From: a virus
Lineage: Duplodnaviria; Caudoviricetes
Virus record (IMG/VR): IMGVR_UViG_3300037470_000128
Span: 1 to 49,949 of that record
Strand: one strand, 5' to 3'
Length of the DNA stretch: 49,949 nucleotides
In this document: positions 26,416 through 35,950 of the stretch, in pieces
Layout: every line of letters starts with the position of its first letter
Position numbering within the stretch: position 1 is the first letter of the stretch
The notes under the pieces: generated by a model
What the model was told of the DNA's origin: nothing
Databases searched by the model: none
What the model saw: only the letters and a program-made list of their open reading frames with translations
Translations under genes and position numbers: made by a program

Positions 26416-27335
26416 GGCCGCAGGCGCAGTGGAGGCGAAGCAGGGTGGTTATTTTAGTGCCAGGTGGTGGTGGTACCCCATGGGGTTCTCGTGCGGTTTT
26501 CGGAGGGGGATTAGCCAGTGTTAACGTCAACACCATCGATTACGTCGAAATATCGACCCCGGGAAATGCTGTTGATTTTGGTGATCTTACATTAGCACGC
26601 CACACTCCAGCTGCAGCATCAGATGGTTCCCGTGCGGTTTTCGGAGGGGGATTCACCAGTGTTAACGTCAACACCATCGACTACGTCGAAATATCGACCC
26701 CGGGAAATGCTGTTGATTTTGGTGATCTTACATTAGCGCGCCGTCCCGCAGCTGCAGCATCAGATGGTTCCCGTGCGGTTTTCGGAGGGGGATTCACCGG
26801 TGTTGACGTCAACACCATCGACTACGTCGAAATATCGACCCCGGGAAATGCTGTTGATTTTGGTGATCTTACATTAGCGCGCCGTGCCGCAGCTGCAGCA
26901 TCAGATGGTTCCCGTGCGGTTTTCGGAGGAGGAATCACCAGTGTTAGTATAAACACCATCGATTATGTAGAAATATCGACCCCGGGAAATGCTGTTGATT
27001 TTGGTGATCTTACATTAGCACGCCACTCTCCAGCTGCAGCATCAGATGGTTCCCGTGCGGTTTTCGGAGGGGGATTCACCAGTGTTAACGTCAACACCAT
27101 CGACTACGTCGAAATATCGACCCCGGGAAATGCTGTTGATTTTGGTGATCTTACATCAGCGCGCCGTTCCGCAGCTGCAGCATCAGATGGTTCCCGTGCG
27201 GTTTTCGGAGGGGGATTCACCAGTGTTAACGTCAACACCATCGATTACGTCGAAATATCGACCCCGGGAAATGCTGTTGATTTTGGTGATCTTACATTAG
27301 CGCGCCGCATTTGTAGTGCTGCATCCGGAGCTTAA
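26412..27335 (+). CDS. Six-bladed Kelch-like beta-propeller (DFGDLT repeat), candidate receptor-binding or adhesion protein
   Basis: Six 47-aa repeats SRAVFGGG..NTIDYVEISTPGNAVDFGDLT.AR. Confidence 0.8.
   Translation: MRPQAQWRRSRVVILVPGGGGTPWGSRAVFGGGLASVNVNTIDYVEISTPGNAVDFGDLTLARHTPAAASDGSRAVFGGGFTSVNVNTIDYVEISTPGNAVDFGDLTLARRPAAAASDGSRAVFGGGFTGVDVNTIDYVEISTPGNAVDFGDLTLARRAAAAASDGSRAVFGGGITSVSINTIDYVEISTPGNAVDFGDLTLARHSPAAASDGSRAVFGGGFTSVNVNTIDYVEISTPGNAVDFGDLTSARRSAAAASDGSRAVFGGGFTSVNVNTIDYVEISTPGNAVDFGDLTLARRICSAASGA
26487..27332 (+). repeat. Six near-identical 141-bp tandem repeats
   Basis: Units start at 26487, 26628, 26769, 26910, 27051, 27192. Confidence 0.95.
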
Positions 27336-27336
27336 A

Positions 27337-28158
27337 ATGCAACTACCTAGCATAAAAAGTATGACTGAACTAACTGATTTTAAATCATTTAGCGACATTG
27401 ATCTGAAGAGAATAGATCACGGCATGGTTGAGCAGGGGCGCGCGATAAAATCGTTCGGGCGTACCAACAGCCAAGTTACAATTAAATTAATGTCGCTGAC
27501 GATGACTAGCGCCGGCCCATACCGCCGCTTGCGTCAATGCGTGGCAGAGATAGATAAACGCAGTGCGGCGCTACATGAATCAGCGTTTACGTTACGAAAG
27601 AAAAAGGCCGAAATACATTGGAAAGAAAATCATCTGGCCGATATGCCAGACTCACTTGAACGCGATCTGCTAGAAATAGAGTTGGACGAACTGCGCCACC
27701 AGATCAAAGAGACACAGCGCCACGCGGAGGGCGCACTAAAGGACATCGCTGGCCTGCAGGAAGCCTATGTGCAGATCCGCGACAATCACGGTATCCCCGA
27801 AAACTGGGACGAGGCTGATTTTAATAACGGGGAACTGCGTGAACATGTTCTAGCGGCATTCCAGCTCGCGTTTCGTGACATGATGGAGCGCGGGAGTCTG
27901 GGACGATCCACTCAGGAATACCTGGAGCAGTTCGGCATCCACCCTTTCACCGCTCAGGTCTGCATATCCGATTACCTGATGGACCTGAACAAGCTGGCCA
28001 CCGAGAAGCAGCAGCTACCCGAAGTCATCCACCTGTACCAGTTCCTGGACGCCTGTGCCGAGCGCTTCGGGGAGAACTACAAACACGCGATGCAGCGCAT
28101 CGGCCTGACCACCCTGGTGACCGAGTGGGCCCAGTACCGCGAGCATCTGAAGACCTAG
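27337..28158 (+). CDS. Hypothetical coiled-coil protein following the propeller gene
   Basis: Long ORF; PYRRLRQC, IPENWDEADF, QEYLEQFGIHP. Confidence 0.75.
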   Translation: MQLPSIKSMTELTDFKSFSDIDLKRIDHGMVEQGRAIKSFGRTNSQVTIKLMSLTMTSAGPYRRLRQCVAEIDKRSAALHESAFTLRKKKAEIHWKENHLADMPDSLERDLLEIELDELRHQIKETQRHAEGALKDIAGLQEAYVQIRDNHGIPENWDEADFNNGELREHVLAAFQLAFRDMMERGSLGRSTQEYLEQFGIHPFTAQVCISDYLMDLNKLATEKQQLPEVIHLYQFLDACAERFGENYKHAMQRIGLTTLVTEWAQYREHLKT

Positions 28159-28170
28159 GGACGGTAATAT

Positions 28171-28797
28171 ATGAACCTAATACATATCGAAACCAACACC
28201 CGCCACTCACTGCCTGCGGCCAACCGACGTCTGAGAAAGCAGCACGGATTCCATCCCCTGACTGAAAGAACAGTCGATGAAGCGGCAAAGTGCTGGGGCT
28301 ACACTTGGGAGCAGCCCACCGAAAGTCCTGCTTATAACTATCTATTAGATCACCCCCGGGCTGATGCTGAAGGCGTCTATCATGAGGCCTGGGTTCAGCG
28401 CCCGGCGCTTACTTCCGATGAAATCGAGGCGTACAAGATCAGCGCTATCCAACAGATAAACACCCACTACGACAACCTGGTCAACGGCCTTGCCGAGCAC
28501 TACCCGCAGTTCGAGCGCGACTCCTGGCCTGATCAGCGCCGCGAGGCGGAAGCCTACACCGCTTGGGTGAGCTCGGGATCCGACCCCGAAACGCTGCCTG
28601 ACACAACCGTCCTCGACGGTATCGTATCCGGCACCGGCGACGACCTACTGACATACTGCGGTTACGTCCTGGCCAAGGTCGAGGCGTACAAACAATTGGG
28701 AGGGAAATACGTCGGCCTGCGCATAGCCGCCCGCAAGCAGATCAGTGACGCCGCCACCAAAGCCGATATCGACGCCATTCTGGAGTCCCTGCAATGA
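28171..28797 (+). CDS. Tail fibre assembly-like protein
   Basis: YPQFERDSWPDQRREAEAY motif typical of phage tail fibre chaperone-like proteins. Confidence 0.65.
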   Translation: MNLIHIETNTRHSLPAANRRLRKQHGFHPLTERTVDEAAKCWGYTWEQPTESPAYNYLLDHPRADAEGVYHEAWVQRPALTSDEIEAYKISAIQQINTHYDNLVNGLAEHYPQFERDSWPDQRREAEAYTAWVSSGSDPETLPDTTVLDGIVSGTGDDLLTYCGYVLAKVEAYKQLGGKYVGLRIAARKQISDAATKADIDAILESLQ

Positions 28798-28907
28798 ATA
28801 TTGATACGCTGTACCAGAAGCAGGTTGAATTCGCCGCAGGCTGCGTCATCGCCGGCATCATCTGGACAGGCTATGCAGCGGTTTGGTGGCGGCCGTGGAT
28901 GCGATAG
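28794..28907 (+). CDS. Possible 37-aa membrane peptide
   Basis: ATGA overlap; MNIDTLYQKQVEFAAGCVIAGIIWTGYAAVWWRPWMR. Confidence 0.4.
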   Translation: MNIDTLYQKQVEFAAGCVIAGIIWTGYAAVWWRPWMR

Positions 28908-28960
28908 TTGACAAAACACCGGATCCGCACCTTTCACCGCAGGCGGACGATCTGATGCAT

Positions 28961-29170
28961 CTAGCCGTCACTGGAGTAATGCGCCTCGACCGCTTTATTA
29001 ACCTCATCGTGCCACTTCCGTATCGCCTCAGCGCTGCCGCTGCAGCACCCATGGCAGGCGGTACGGATGGCATCCGGGCAGTCCTGGCATTTTGTCAAGC
29101 CCTGCTTGTCGTGGCCCACCGATATGCAGTGGTCAATGGCTTGATCAGTCAGCATTGATTGAGTTCCCAT
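28961..29170 (-). CDS. Small Cys-rich hypothetical protein
   Basis: CxxC and CHGCC; last gene of the leftward operon. Confidence 0.5.
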   Translation of the reverse strand: MGTQSMLTDQAIDHCISVGHDKQGLTKCQDCPDAIRTACHGCCSGSAEAIRKWHDEVNKAVEAHYSSDG

Positions 29171-29577
29171 ACTCTGTATATATAGCCATCGCGATTGACT
29201 GCCGATAGCATGTCAACCACCTGCTCGACGGTTACCTGGTCATCAGGCTCAAATGCTTCGGTAAGCTCCTGAATCAGCTGGCACTTGGCTGCATGAACGG
29301 CGTGTTCGGTGATGTGCTCGCGCTCCTCTTTAAGTCGCAGGACCGCCTCCGGTACAGCCTTGTTGATGTCGTCACCGCGCGCACAGCCAAGCAAGATGCC
29401 AACCACCTGCAGTGTGCGTGCCTGGTCGTTAAGGTTATTCTTCTCCCGCTCAGTAACCGACAGCTTCTGCTGAAGGCCATTGGCCTTGGCCTGCAGACCG
29501 CTCAGCGCAATGTTATTTTCCATAACCTGCTGTTCCAGTTCTTTGATGCGGGCGTTCATTTCGTTGATCATGCACAT
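29149..29577 (-). CDS. Hypothetical coiled-coil protein
   Basis: AGGAG RBS, heptad pattern. Confidence 0.65.
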   Translation of the reverse strand: MCMINEMNARIKELEQQVMENNIALSGLQAKANGLQQKLSVTEREKNNLNDQARTLQVVGILLGCARGDDINKAVPEAVLRLKEEREHITEHAVHAAKCQLIQELTEAFEPDDQVTVEQVVDMLSAVNRDGYIYRVWELNQC

Positions 29578-29589
29578 CGGTCGTTCTCC

Positions 29590-29781
29590 TTAACGTGGCG
29601 CGAAGCCGGATTCTGCAAGGCCTTTCTGCAGTTTGTCGATGCCGTCTCTGATCAGATCGGCCTGCTCGTTGCTCTCGGCGTTCATGCGGAATTCCGACCA
29701 GCAGACGCGCTTGGCGAACTGAGCGAGTGCCATGGCCTCGTTTTCAGACACCTCGAATGTCACCACGATTTCGTTACTCAT
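29590..29781 (-). CDS. Small conserved-type phage hypothetical protein
   Basis: AMALAQFAKRV..LQKGLAESGFAPR; ATGA overlap. Confidence 0.7.
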   Translation of the reverse strand: MSNEIVVTFEVSENEAMALAQFAKRVCWSEFRMNAESNEQADLIRDGIDKLQKGLAESGFAPR

Positions 29782-30008
29782 GGCTTCCGGCCTCCCGCAC
29801 TTTCTGCCGGATCTTGTTGGCTTCGTACACTATTGCCTGTCATTGACGGCGCGCCCCTCTTGATTCGATACTCATCCCAGAACCCGAGATAGCCTTTGAT
29901 GCCTGGATGCTGGGATCCGCAGTAGTGCCGCCGGAACCAGTCTGCCTGGCGCCAGACTGCGGCATGGAACATCGACCATCGCTGATGGAATAGATCGAAC
30001 TGCTGCAT
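29778..30008 (-). CDS. Hypothetical protein
   Basis: Overlaps both neighbours in the operon. Confidence 0.6.
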   Translation of the reverse strand: MQQFDLFHQRWSMFHAAVWRQADWFRRHYCGSQHPGIKGYLGFWDEYRIKRGAPSMTGNSVRSQQDPAESAGGRKP

Positions 30009-30970
30009 CAGGCCACCTCAACCCGATCGCCGCCGGCGTAGTCGATCATGCCGTCCTTGGTGTTGCGGTAATTTTCAATCATTGCTTCAGCCCGGGCCTT
30101 GAGCTTTGGCGGTATGGCCGGGGACTTGCGGCAACCCTCGCCAGCCCAGTAGACGCGGCTGCTATCGGTCGGTCCGTGATGGATAATCAGCGCCTCGGTG
30201 CCGTCGTTGTGGGCGTAGATAGCCCAGTCGCCGTGCTCCTCAATCGGCTGGACTTTAGCCTCGTTGTTGAGTTGATCGCAGGCCTCCATCAGGGCCGCGT
30301 CGAGACGGCGGTTGTCGTCATGCAGCTTGATGATGACGCGCCCGCGCTCTTCGTGCTCCTTGCGTATTTTCTGGTTGTCATTGGCCAGCTTGCGCAGCGC
30401 CTGATTGCCCTCGCCCAAGCCTTTGTTCTTTTTCTGCAGCTCCTTCACCTGCTTGGCAAGGCGCTGTGGGTTCAGGGCGCGAAGGTCCTTCACCTCCTGG
30501 GCATAGAGGGCCAGCTGCCGGCCCTGGCGGTCGATTTCGGCCTGGGCCTTCTGCACTTCGATGTTGTTCTTATCCAGCAGCTTATCGCACTGGTCCTTGT
30601 AGTGGATGACTTGCTCGTGCAACTTTTCCCCGGCACCGGTGAGCTCAACCACCTGGGCGTGAAGTTCGTTGTTCTCGCGATCGAACAGGTCGCGCTGGTG
30701 CTCGGCCTGCGTCAGCTTGTCAATGTGCTGCTGGTGGCTCTGCAGGATATCGATGGCGGCCTGGATCGGGTTGCTGGTCTGGTACTTGAGGCGGCTGAAT
30801 TCTTCGACGTAGGAGCGCTCCTTCTCACGCAGCTGCTCACGCAGCGCTTCGGCTTCGGCTTCGGCTTCGGCTTGGGCATGCTTCGCTATCGCAAGCTCGA
30901 AGTGCTCCAGGCGAGCGGCCCGCTCTGCCAGGGCGAGAGTGGTATCGGCATTCATGGATAGGGTGTTCAT
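30008..30970 (-). CDS. Long coiled-coil hypothetical protein
   Basis: AGGAG RBS, extended heptads, LRALNPQRLAKQVK. Confidence 0.75.
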   Translation of the reverse strand: MNTLSMNADTTLALAERAARLEHFELAIAKHAQAEAEAEAEALREQLREKERSYVEEFSRLKYQTSNPIQAAIDILQSHQQHIDKLTQAEHQRDLFDRENNELHAQVVELTGAGEKLHEQVIHYKDQCDKLLDKNNIEVQKAQAEIDRQGRQLALYAQEVKDLRALNPQRLAKQVKELQKKNKGLGEGNQALRKLANDNQKIRKEHEERGRVIIKLHDDNRRLDAALMEACDQLNNEAKVQPIEEHGDWAIYAHNDGTEALIIHHGPTDSSRVYWAGEGCRKSPAIPPKLKARAEAMIENYRNTKDGMIDYAGGDRVEVA

Positions 30971-31114
30971 GCGGTTTCTCCTATATCGATTCGATTACGC
31001 AGATAATGATTGTCTGTCATGGCGTTGCCATGGGTTGTTTGCCCTGGCGATCTCTGCTGCGCCGTAGCTGGTGGCGGCGAGGAGCAGCATGTAGGCGATC
31101 AGGCGTTTCATAGC

Positions 31115-31294
31115 TCACCACTCCGCCATCTGGTCACGCCACGCCTGGCGCCAGTCCTGCCCACGCCACCATGCGATAGCCGTGATGCCGGCGGAGATCA
31201 GCACCCAGCCCACCAAGGCGCTGCCGAGGATTCCGACGATGACCAGGCCGAGGTATGCCAGGGCGCTGGTGGTGTCTGTGATCTGTATGCTCAT
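31115..31294 (-). CDS. Small membrane protein
   Basis: Long hydrophobic segment; GGAG RBS. Confidence 0.55.
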   Translation of the reverse strand: MSIQITDTTSALAYLGLVIVGILGSALVGWVLISAGITAIAWWRGQDWRQAWRDQMAEW

Positions 31295-31296
31295 GC

Positions 31297-31395
31297 TCAA
31301 CTCCATGCCCAGCCGCGCGGGGCGTCGATGACGATGGCGAAACAGACGGCGCCGACAACGAGAACGGCGAGGAGGTGCAGGGCGATTTTCATCAT
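31297..31395 (-). CDS. Small hydrophobic peptide ([32 protein letters not shown])
   Basis: GAGG RBS; ATGA overlap with the upstream gene. Confidence 0.5.
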   Translation of the reverse strand: MMKIALHLLAVLVVGAVCFAIVIDAPRGWAWS

Positions 31396-32132
31396 TCCAC
31401 CTCGGATATATAGCCGCTTTTCAGCGAGTACCAGGTGTCGGCCTTTACTCCATCGCGCCCAACAATCCCAGACCAAACGTTGACGATTTCTAAATCGTCG
31501 TTGCGCTCGACGAGGAATAGGGCGTTGCCTTTGGCACCCATGACGCGTCCCTCGTATCCTGATGCCATCGCCGCGCCCTGGTGGCCGGTGGAGCTGGCCG
31601 CGCCCTGGTCGCCGGTGGAGCTGGCCGCGCCCTGGTCGCCGGTGGAGCTGGCCGCGCCCCGGTGGCCGGTGGAGCTGGCCGCGCCCTGGTCGCCGGTGGA
31701 GCTGGCCGCGCCCTGGTCGCCGGTGGAGCTGGCCGCGCCCTGGTCGCCGGTGGAGCTGGCCGCGCCCTGGTCGCCGGTGGAGCTGGCCGGAGATTCGGGA
31801 TTGACCGGTTTGCACCGACTAATGGTGTATTCGATAGCGGATTTGACGAGCCCCGGCAACGTGATCTCGGCAGAAATTGTTATCTTGGAGCTGGCAACTT
31901 TCGAGTCGCCATTGTGGTGATCGATAACGCCGCTCTGTTCGACTACTGCGTATCGAGAACTTGCCGGCGCGTAGTAGCTGAATACATCAAGTGGATACTC
32001 GCAGGCGTGAAATCCTTTATTACAGGCCTTCACACCACCTTGGTGCTCATAGGTGCCGCCAATCTCGTACTGATACCCACGACAGGTCAGGTCCTGGTTT
32101 AATCCCTTGTATGCGGTGATTTTGTCTGTCAC
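31392..32132 (-). CDS. Phage protein with [18 protein letters not shown] domain and ASSTGDQGA repeats (DUF7666-like)
   Basis: Recognisable N-terminal motif, 9-aa repeats, C-terminal [12 protein letters not shown]. Confidence 0.85.
   Translation of the reverse strand: MTDKITAYKGLNQDLTCRGYQYEIGGTYEHQGGVKACNKGFHACEYPLDVFSYYAPASSRYAVVEQSGVIDHHNGDSKVASSKITISAEITLPGLVKSAIEYTISRCKPVNPESPASSTGDQGAASSTGDQGAASSTGDQGAASSTGDQGAASSTGHRGAASSTGDQGAASSTGDQGAASSTGHQGAAMASGYEGRVMGAKGNALFLVERNDDLEIVNVWSGIVGRDGVKADTWYSLKSGYISEVE
31575..31790 (-). repeat. About eight 27-bp coding tandem repeats
   Basis: Unit GGTGGAGCTGGCCGCGCCCTGGTCGCC on the + strand. Confidence 0.9.
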
Positions 32133-32186
32133 GCCTTCGTCCTCAGGTCTAAATTGCGGATGTGGTGCAGCATGTGCTGCATGCCG

Positions 32187-32312
32187 TTACACGCCCATGC
32201 CTTCGGGTACTGCCTGCAGGCGCTGTGCCTCAGCGACCTCAAGCAATTCCAGCCGCTGGGCGCGCTCGGCCAGGGACAGGGTTTCGCTGGCGTTCAGTGT
32301 CAGTGCGGTCAT
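32187..32312 (-). CDS. 41-aa peptide paralogous to the N-terminus of 30008-30970
   Basis: MTALTLNASETLSLAERAQRLELLE vs MNTLSMNADTTLALAERAARLEHFE; GGAGAAAC RBS before both. Confidence 0.6.
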   Translation of the reverse strand: MTALTLNASETLSLAERAQRLELLEVAEAQRLQAVPEGMGV

Positions 32313-32400
32313 GCGTTTCTCCGTTGTTTAAAAAGGGCGGTCCTGCATGGCTCAGTAGATTTCCATGCAGGCACGGGTATCGACCCTTGGGCGCCTGTGG

Positions 32401-34170
32401 TTAAAACGGCTGGTCGCTTGTTTCGCTCAGTCCCAGTTCTTCGCGGGCCCGTTCGTATCCGTCCCACTGATCAACGCCCTGCGCTATCAGTGCAGCCAGC
32501 ATCCTCGATTCAGCCTGCAGCTCTTCGTACTCGTAAATTGTGATGGTGATGAAGTGCGGCGCAGGCTCTGGCTCAAAACGGCGCTGCGACATCGGGGCGT
32601 GCTCGCGCTGATCGTCCGGGATCAGGTTTTCCTCGTTCGTTCGGCAGGCGATGCCCTGGGTCGGCGGCAATAGGCTAGCCACCTGGTCACGGCGGCCATC
32701 CACCTTCGTCCTGGTCGGCTGGATGAAGTGCGGCGCAGACTCTGTTACCGGTTCTGCCTTGTCCTGGATGGCTACCTGCGCCTCGATGGCTTGGCGCTGC
32801 GCCTCCAGTTCGGCCTGGTGCTTAGCGGCCTGTTCTCGTTCAAGACGTTCGCGCAGTTGTGCTTCTTCGCGTTCTCGGCGTTCGGCCTCGGCTTGCTCGT
32901 GGTCGGCGATGCGGGTTTTCACCAGTGCGGTAAAATCGTCGTTCTGCTTCCAGACGATATTCTGCAGATCGCTGAACAGAAACCGATGATTTGCAGCCAT
33001 CTCATCCAGCGTATCCAGATTGAAATCAGCCTCATTGGCCAGGCGATTGACTTGTATCGATACCCGCGCCAGTTCGTCGTCAGCTGCCGACTGCAGGCTG
33101 CTGATGGTGCGCTTGCCTTTCATTGCGCCTACAAAATCGGCATTCTGGGCTGGCATTGTGACCTGTTTCAGGCTGGCGTTTGTTCTGTCGATGTGCGCTG
33201 ACAGTGCCCTCTTGGCGGCCTGCAGGATCTCAACCTTGCGGGCTTCCTTCTCCGATTTAACCAGTTTCTCGGCGCGCAGGCGGTTATCCCGGGCCAACTT
33301 GTGCAGCAGATCTTTTGTCCGCTTGAGCTGATCTACAGTGGATACCTGACTCAGCAGCTGGGCTTCGGCGGCATCCAGGGCAGACTCAGCCTTCTTGAGG
33401 GTCTTTATCTGACTTTCGAGATCGGCGAAATCCTGGTCTGTCTGCGGCATAGTGATAAGCCTGTTTTCCACGAAGTCGCGCAGGGCGGTCTCAAAGACGC
33501 TGAAATTATCGGCAATGGCCAGTTCTCCGGATACCTGTACCGATACGGCGGGAAGATCCAGCACTGGGGCCGCCGTTGGCGCGACCTTTTTTTCGACAGG
33601 GGCGAATACTGCCAGGTCGGCCTCGAACTGCTTCCAGCCGGCCAGTAGTTGCTCAGCCCGGCCAGGTACCGGCCAGTACCACATACTGGCCGTGTTTTCT
33701 TCGGTTCCATCTGAGCACATAAACAGGCAGCGTTCGGCGCCGGATACCAGAAGCTGCTGCTCAAGCTGCCAGTAATAATGCGGATCCAGTTCGCGGGCAT
33801 TGATCTGATCGGCCAAGCCTTGGTTGTAGAGCTTATTTTCCCAGGGCTCGTCTAGCATAGTGATGCCGTCGAACGATGCCAGTAGCTGCGGGTGTTCGTC
33901 GGATTCCGCTGTTGCTGGGTACAAGTCTTCACCCATGATTCTCTCAGCAATGGGTCGAGCAGCGGCTTCGGCGGCATGTCCCTGGTCGAAGATGCGCTGC
34001 TGCGCTGGCGATACCTCCGGCGCGATGCCGGTGTGCTTGAGATGCAGCAGATCGGTGCGGGTCTGGTACTTAGACACACCCATCATGGCCGGCGCTTCGC
34101 TGGCGGTGAAGTGACTGGCGCGGATGGCGTGCCACTCGTCTGATCCCTGCTGTACGCCGATAATCTTCAT
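32401..34170 (-). CDS. YqaJ-family (lambda-exo-like) exonuclease with long helical C-terminus
   Basis: QQGSDEWHAIR, FTASEA, GHAAE, ASFDGI, WENK, YYWQLEQQL. Confidence 0.9.
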   Translation of the reverse strand: MKIIGVQQGSDEWHAIRASHFTASEAPAMMGVSKYQTRTDLLHLKHTGIAPEVSPAQQRIFDQGHAAEAAARPIAERIMGEDLYPATAESDEHPQLLASFDGITMLDEPWENKLYNQGLADQINARELDPHYYWQLEQQLLVSGAERCLFMCSDGTEENTASMWYWPVPGRAEQLLAGWKQFEADLAVFAPVEKKVAPTAAPVLDLPAVSVQVSGELAIADNFSVFETALRDFVENRLITMPQTDQDFADLESQIKTLKKAESALDAAEAQLLSQVSTVDQLKRTKDLLHKLARDNRLRAEKLVKSEKEARKVEILQAAKRALSAHIDRTNASLKQVTMPAQNADFVGAMKGKRTISSLQSAADDELARVSIQVNRLANEADFNLDTLDEMAANHRFLFSDLQNIVWKQNDDFTALVKTRIADHEQAEAERREREEAQLRERLEREQAAKHQAELEAQRQAIEAQVAIQDKAEPVTESAPHFIQPTRTKVDGRRDQVASLLPPTQGIACRTNEENLIPDDQREHAPMSQRRFEPEPAPHFITITIYEYEELQAESRMLAALIAQGVDQWDGYERAREELGLSETSDQPF

Positions 34171-34901
34171 GCCTCTGCCTCCATGATTTGCTGTTTCTGA
34201 TCTTCGGTCAGCACAGCCTTGCTGCTGACCATCTTGATTATCTGGTCCGGAGTCTTCTTTCCGGATTCGATCAATTTCTGCCATTTAGGCAGATTTGCTT
34301 TGAATGCTTCGGCGGGGTAATGCTCAAGCACCGGGCGATCTGCCGGCTCAGCCGGACGCGGCGTAATGTCGCGCTCGGTCGGCATGTCCTCGGCTTCCTC
34401 ACGGGTGATCAGGCCGGCCAGGGCATCGGCGAACTGGTTGCGCAGAGCGAAGCCTCTGGCGCGCCACATCAGCATTCTTTTGGGGTACTGCTTCCAGGGA
34501 CCGGACTTGTCCCACAAGTTCGCCATTTGCGCATCGGTCCGGCTGAACGTCTGGGTGTGCCTTGTGCCGTGCTTGCGCCATACGGTGCAGTGTGCGGTCA
34601 TACTTGATTCGTCGAATTGTTCTTCCAGGCCGCCGAATGCAGGGTGGTTCTGAACCAGGGCGAGCAGTGCGTCGCCGTAGATGGCTGGCTTGCCGTTTAT
34701 TACGGCTATATTCTGCAGAGCTTGGATGGGATTGAGTCCAAGCTCAGCGCCCATCATCATCGCCACCAGGGTATCCTGCGGTCGATTCTGGTACTGCTTT
34801 GGTACCATCTGGCTGCCGGACAACATTTCAGCCATGTGCATGGCCTCGGTGATGTTGACCGGCTGCAGCGAAAATCCTGTATGTTTTATGATTGCGCTCA
34901 T
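34167..34901 (-). CDS. RecT-like single-strand annealing protein
   Basis: GAELGLNPIQALQNIAVINGKP, GPWKQYPKRML, FADALAGL..EE; paired with YqaJ. Confidence 0.85.
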   Translation of the reverse strand: MSAIIKHTGFSLQPVNITEAMHMAEMLSGSQMVPKQYQNRPQDTLVAMMMGAELGLNPIQALQNIAVINGKPAIYGDALLALVQNHPAFGGLEEQFDESSMTAHCTVWRKHGTRHTQTFSRTDAQMANLWDKSGPWKQYPKRMLMWRARGFALRNQFADALAGLITREEAEDMPTERDITPRPAEPADRPVLEHYPAEAFKANLPKWQKLIESGKKTPDQIIKMVSSKAVLTEDQKQQIMEAEA

Positions 34902-35227
34902 GCCTCGTCGTCCTCTTTATCGGCCCGTTCCGGCTGCCATTCCAGCGCCAGCAGTTCGGCGCGCCGGCCCTTGATATTCCCCATGGCCTCATCGAATTGG
35001 GCGCGAACAGCGGTCTCTCGGCGGGACAACTGTTCGAGTTCGGCCGTTACCGGATTGACTTTTGTAACGGCCACGGTGACATTCTCGGATCCAAGCAGCT
35101 TCCAGCCATGTTCTAGTTGAGTTTCAATGCCTGCCGTTGTGCAGGCATACACACCGCCGTCAGGTAGGAGGTAGATATAGATTGTGCAGTCAGTGGTTTT
35201 AGGTAGCGGTTTCATGTCAGTCCCCAT
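34898..35227 (-). CDS. Hypothetical protein
   Basis: Operon context, overlapping neighbours. Confidence 0.6.
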   Translation of the reverse strand: MGTDMKPLPKTTDCTIYIYLLPDGGVYACTTAGIETQLEHGWKLLGSENVTVAVTKVNPVTAELEQLSRRETAVRAQFDEAMGNIKGRRAELLALEWQPERADKEDDEA

Positions 35228-35552
35228 AACTCATTTCGGTTGTATTCTCGACCGCCTGGGTGGCGATCTCGGCAATGGCATCGTGCAGGCAGCGCTGCAG
35301 GATCATCTGATGATCGAATACCAAACGATCCATAGTGCGCCAGTCCCTCGGGCTGGCATCTTCGGCGGCACTAAATTCCTTCTGCCAAGCGCTGTATGCG
35401 TCGCTATTAAACGCCATGTCATAAGCTGTAACCCAGGTTAGCAGTTCACTACCGGCCCAGAGCCCGCCGCAGCGATAAAAACGCCGCCCGGCTTACTCTA
35501 TAGCCTCTGCGCGCAGTTCATCGCGCTGGTCTTCTGGCGATAGATAATTCAT
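35217..35552 (-). pseudogene. Hypothetical gene interrupted by an in-frame TAA at 35493-35495
   Basis: ATG 35552 (AAGGAG RBS, ATGA overlap) reads MNYLSPEDQRDELRAEAIE*AGRRFYRC... in frame with ORF 35217-35417. Confidence 0.55.
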
Positions 35553-35794
35553 CGTGTAGCTCCTTCGAAAATCGCCAGGGCGATCAGAGACCAGAGCGAG
35601 ATAGCCAGCAGGCCATGGATGAAGTCAGACGAAAAACGCAGCTTGGGATGCCGTTGATCAGGCCTGAATATAGCCAGTCTCGGCGGGTACCCAAACAGGT
35701 TTTCCATGCAGCATTTACGCCGCCAACGCCATTCGTCGATACGCTGCTTGTTGGTACGCACACCGTACCCTGAAATTACTTTTGCCTTGTTCAT
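35549..35794 (-). CDS. First gene of leftward operon, C-terminal TM segment
   Basis: Basic N-terminus, hydrophobic C-terminus. Confidence 0.6.
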   Translation of the reverse strand: MNKAKVISGYGVRTNKQRIDEWRWRRKCCMENLFGYPPRLAIFRPDQRHPKLRFSSDFIHGLLAISLWSLIALAIFEGATR

Positions 35795-35950
35795 TGACTG
35801 CCCTGCCTGCTGCGTTGTTCCGATCTGCGTCGGATATACATACTATGAACCATGGATTCATATATGTCAATGCATTAATCATCAATATAATCGCTGTGCA
35901 GGTTATGAAATATGCGTTATTATGCAGTAAATATTCACCGGGCGAAAGCC
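35795..35950. promoter_or_regulatory. AT-rich divergent early promoter region (pL/pR equivalent)
   Basis: Strand switch; TTGACA on the - strand (TGTCAA at 35866-35871); ATGAA..TTCAT inverted repeat. Confidence 0.6.

Noticed and set aside
26487-27332. CRISPR array or DGR template/variable repeat pair
   Set aside because: Repeats are in-frame coding units without unique spacers, differences are not adenine-specific, and no reverse transcriptase is present
30847-30872. (TTCGGC)n short repeat
   Set aside because: Encodes AEAEAEA in a coiled coil; ordinary slippage
31575-31790. 27-bp repeats as CRISPR or guide array
   Set aside because: Head-to-tail coding repeats (ASSTGDQGA) of a common phage protein family; overlapping alternative ORFs are shadows
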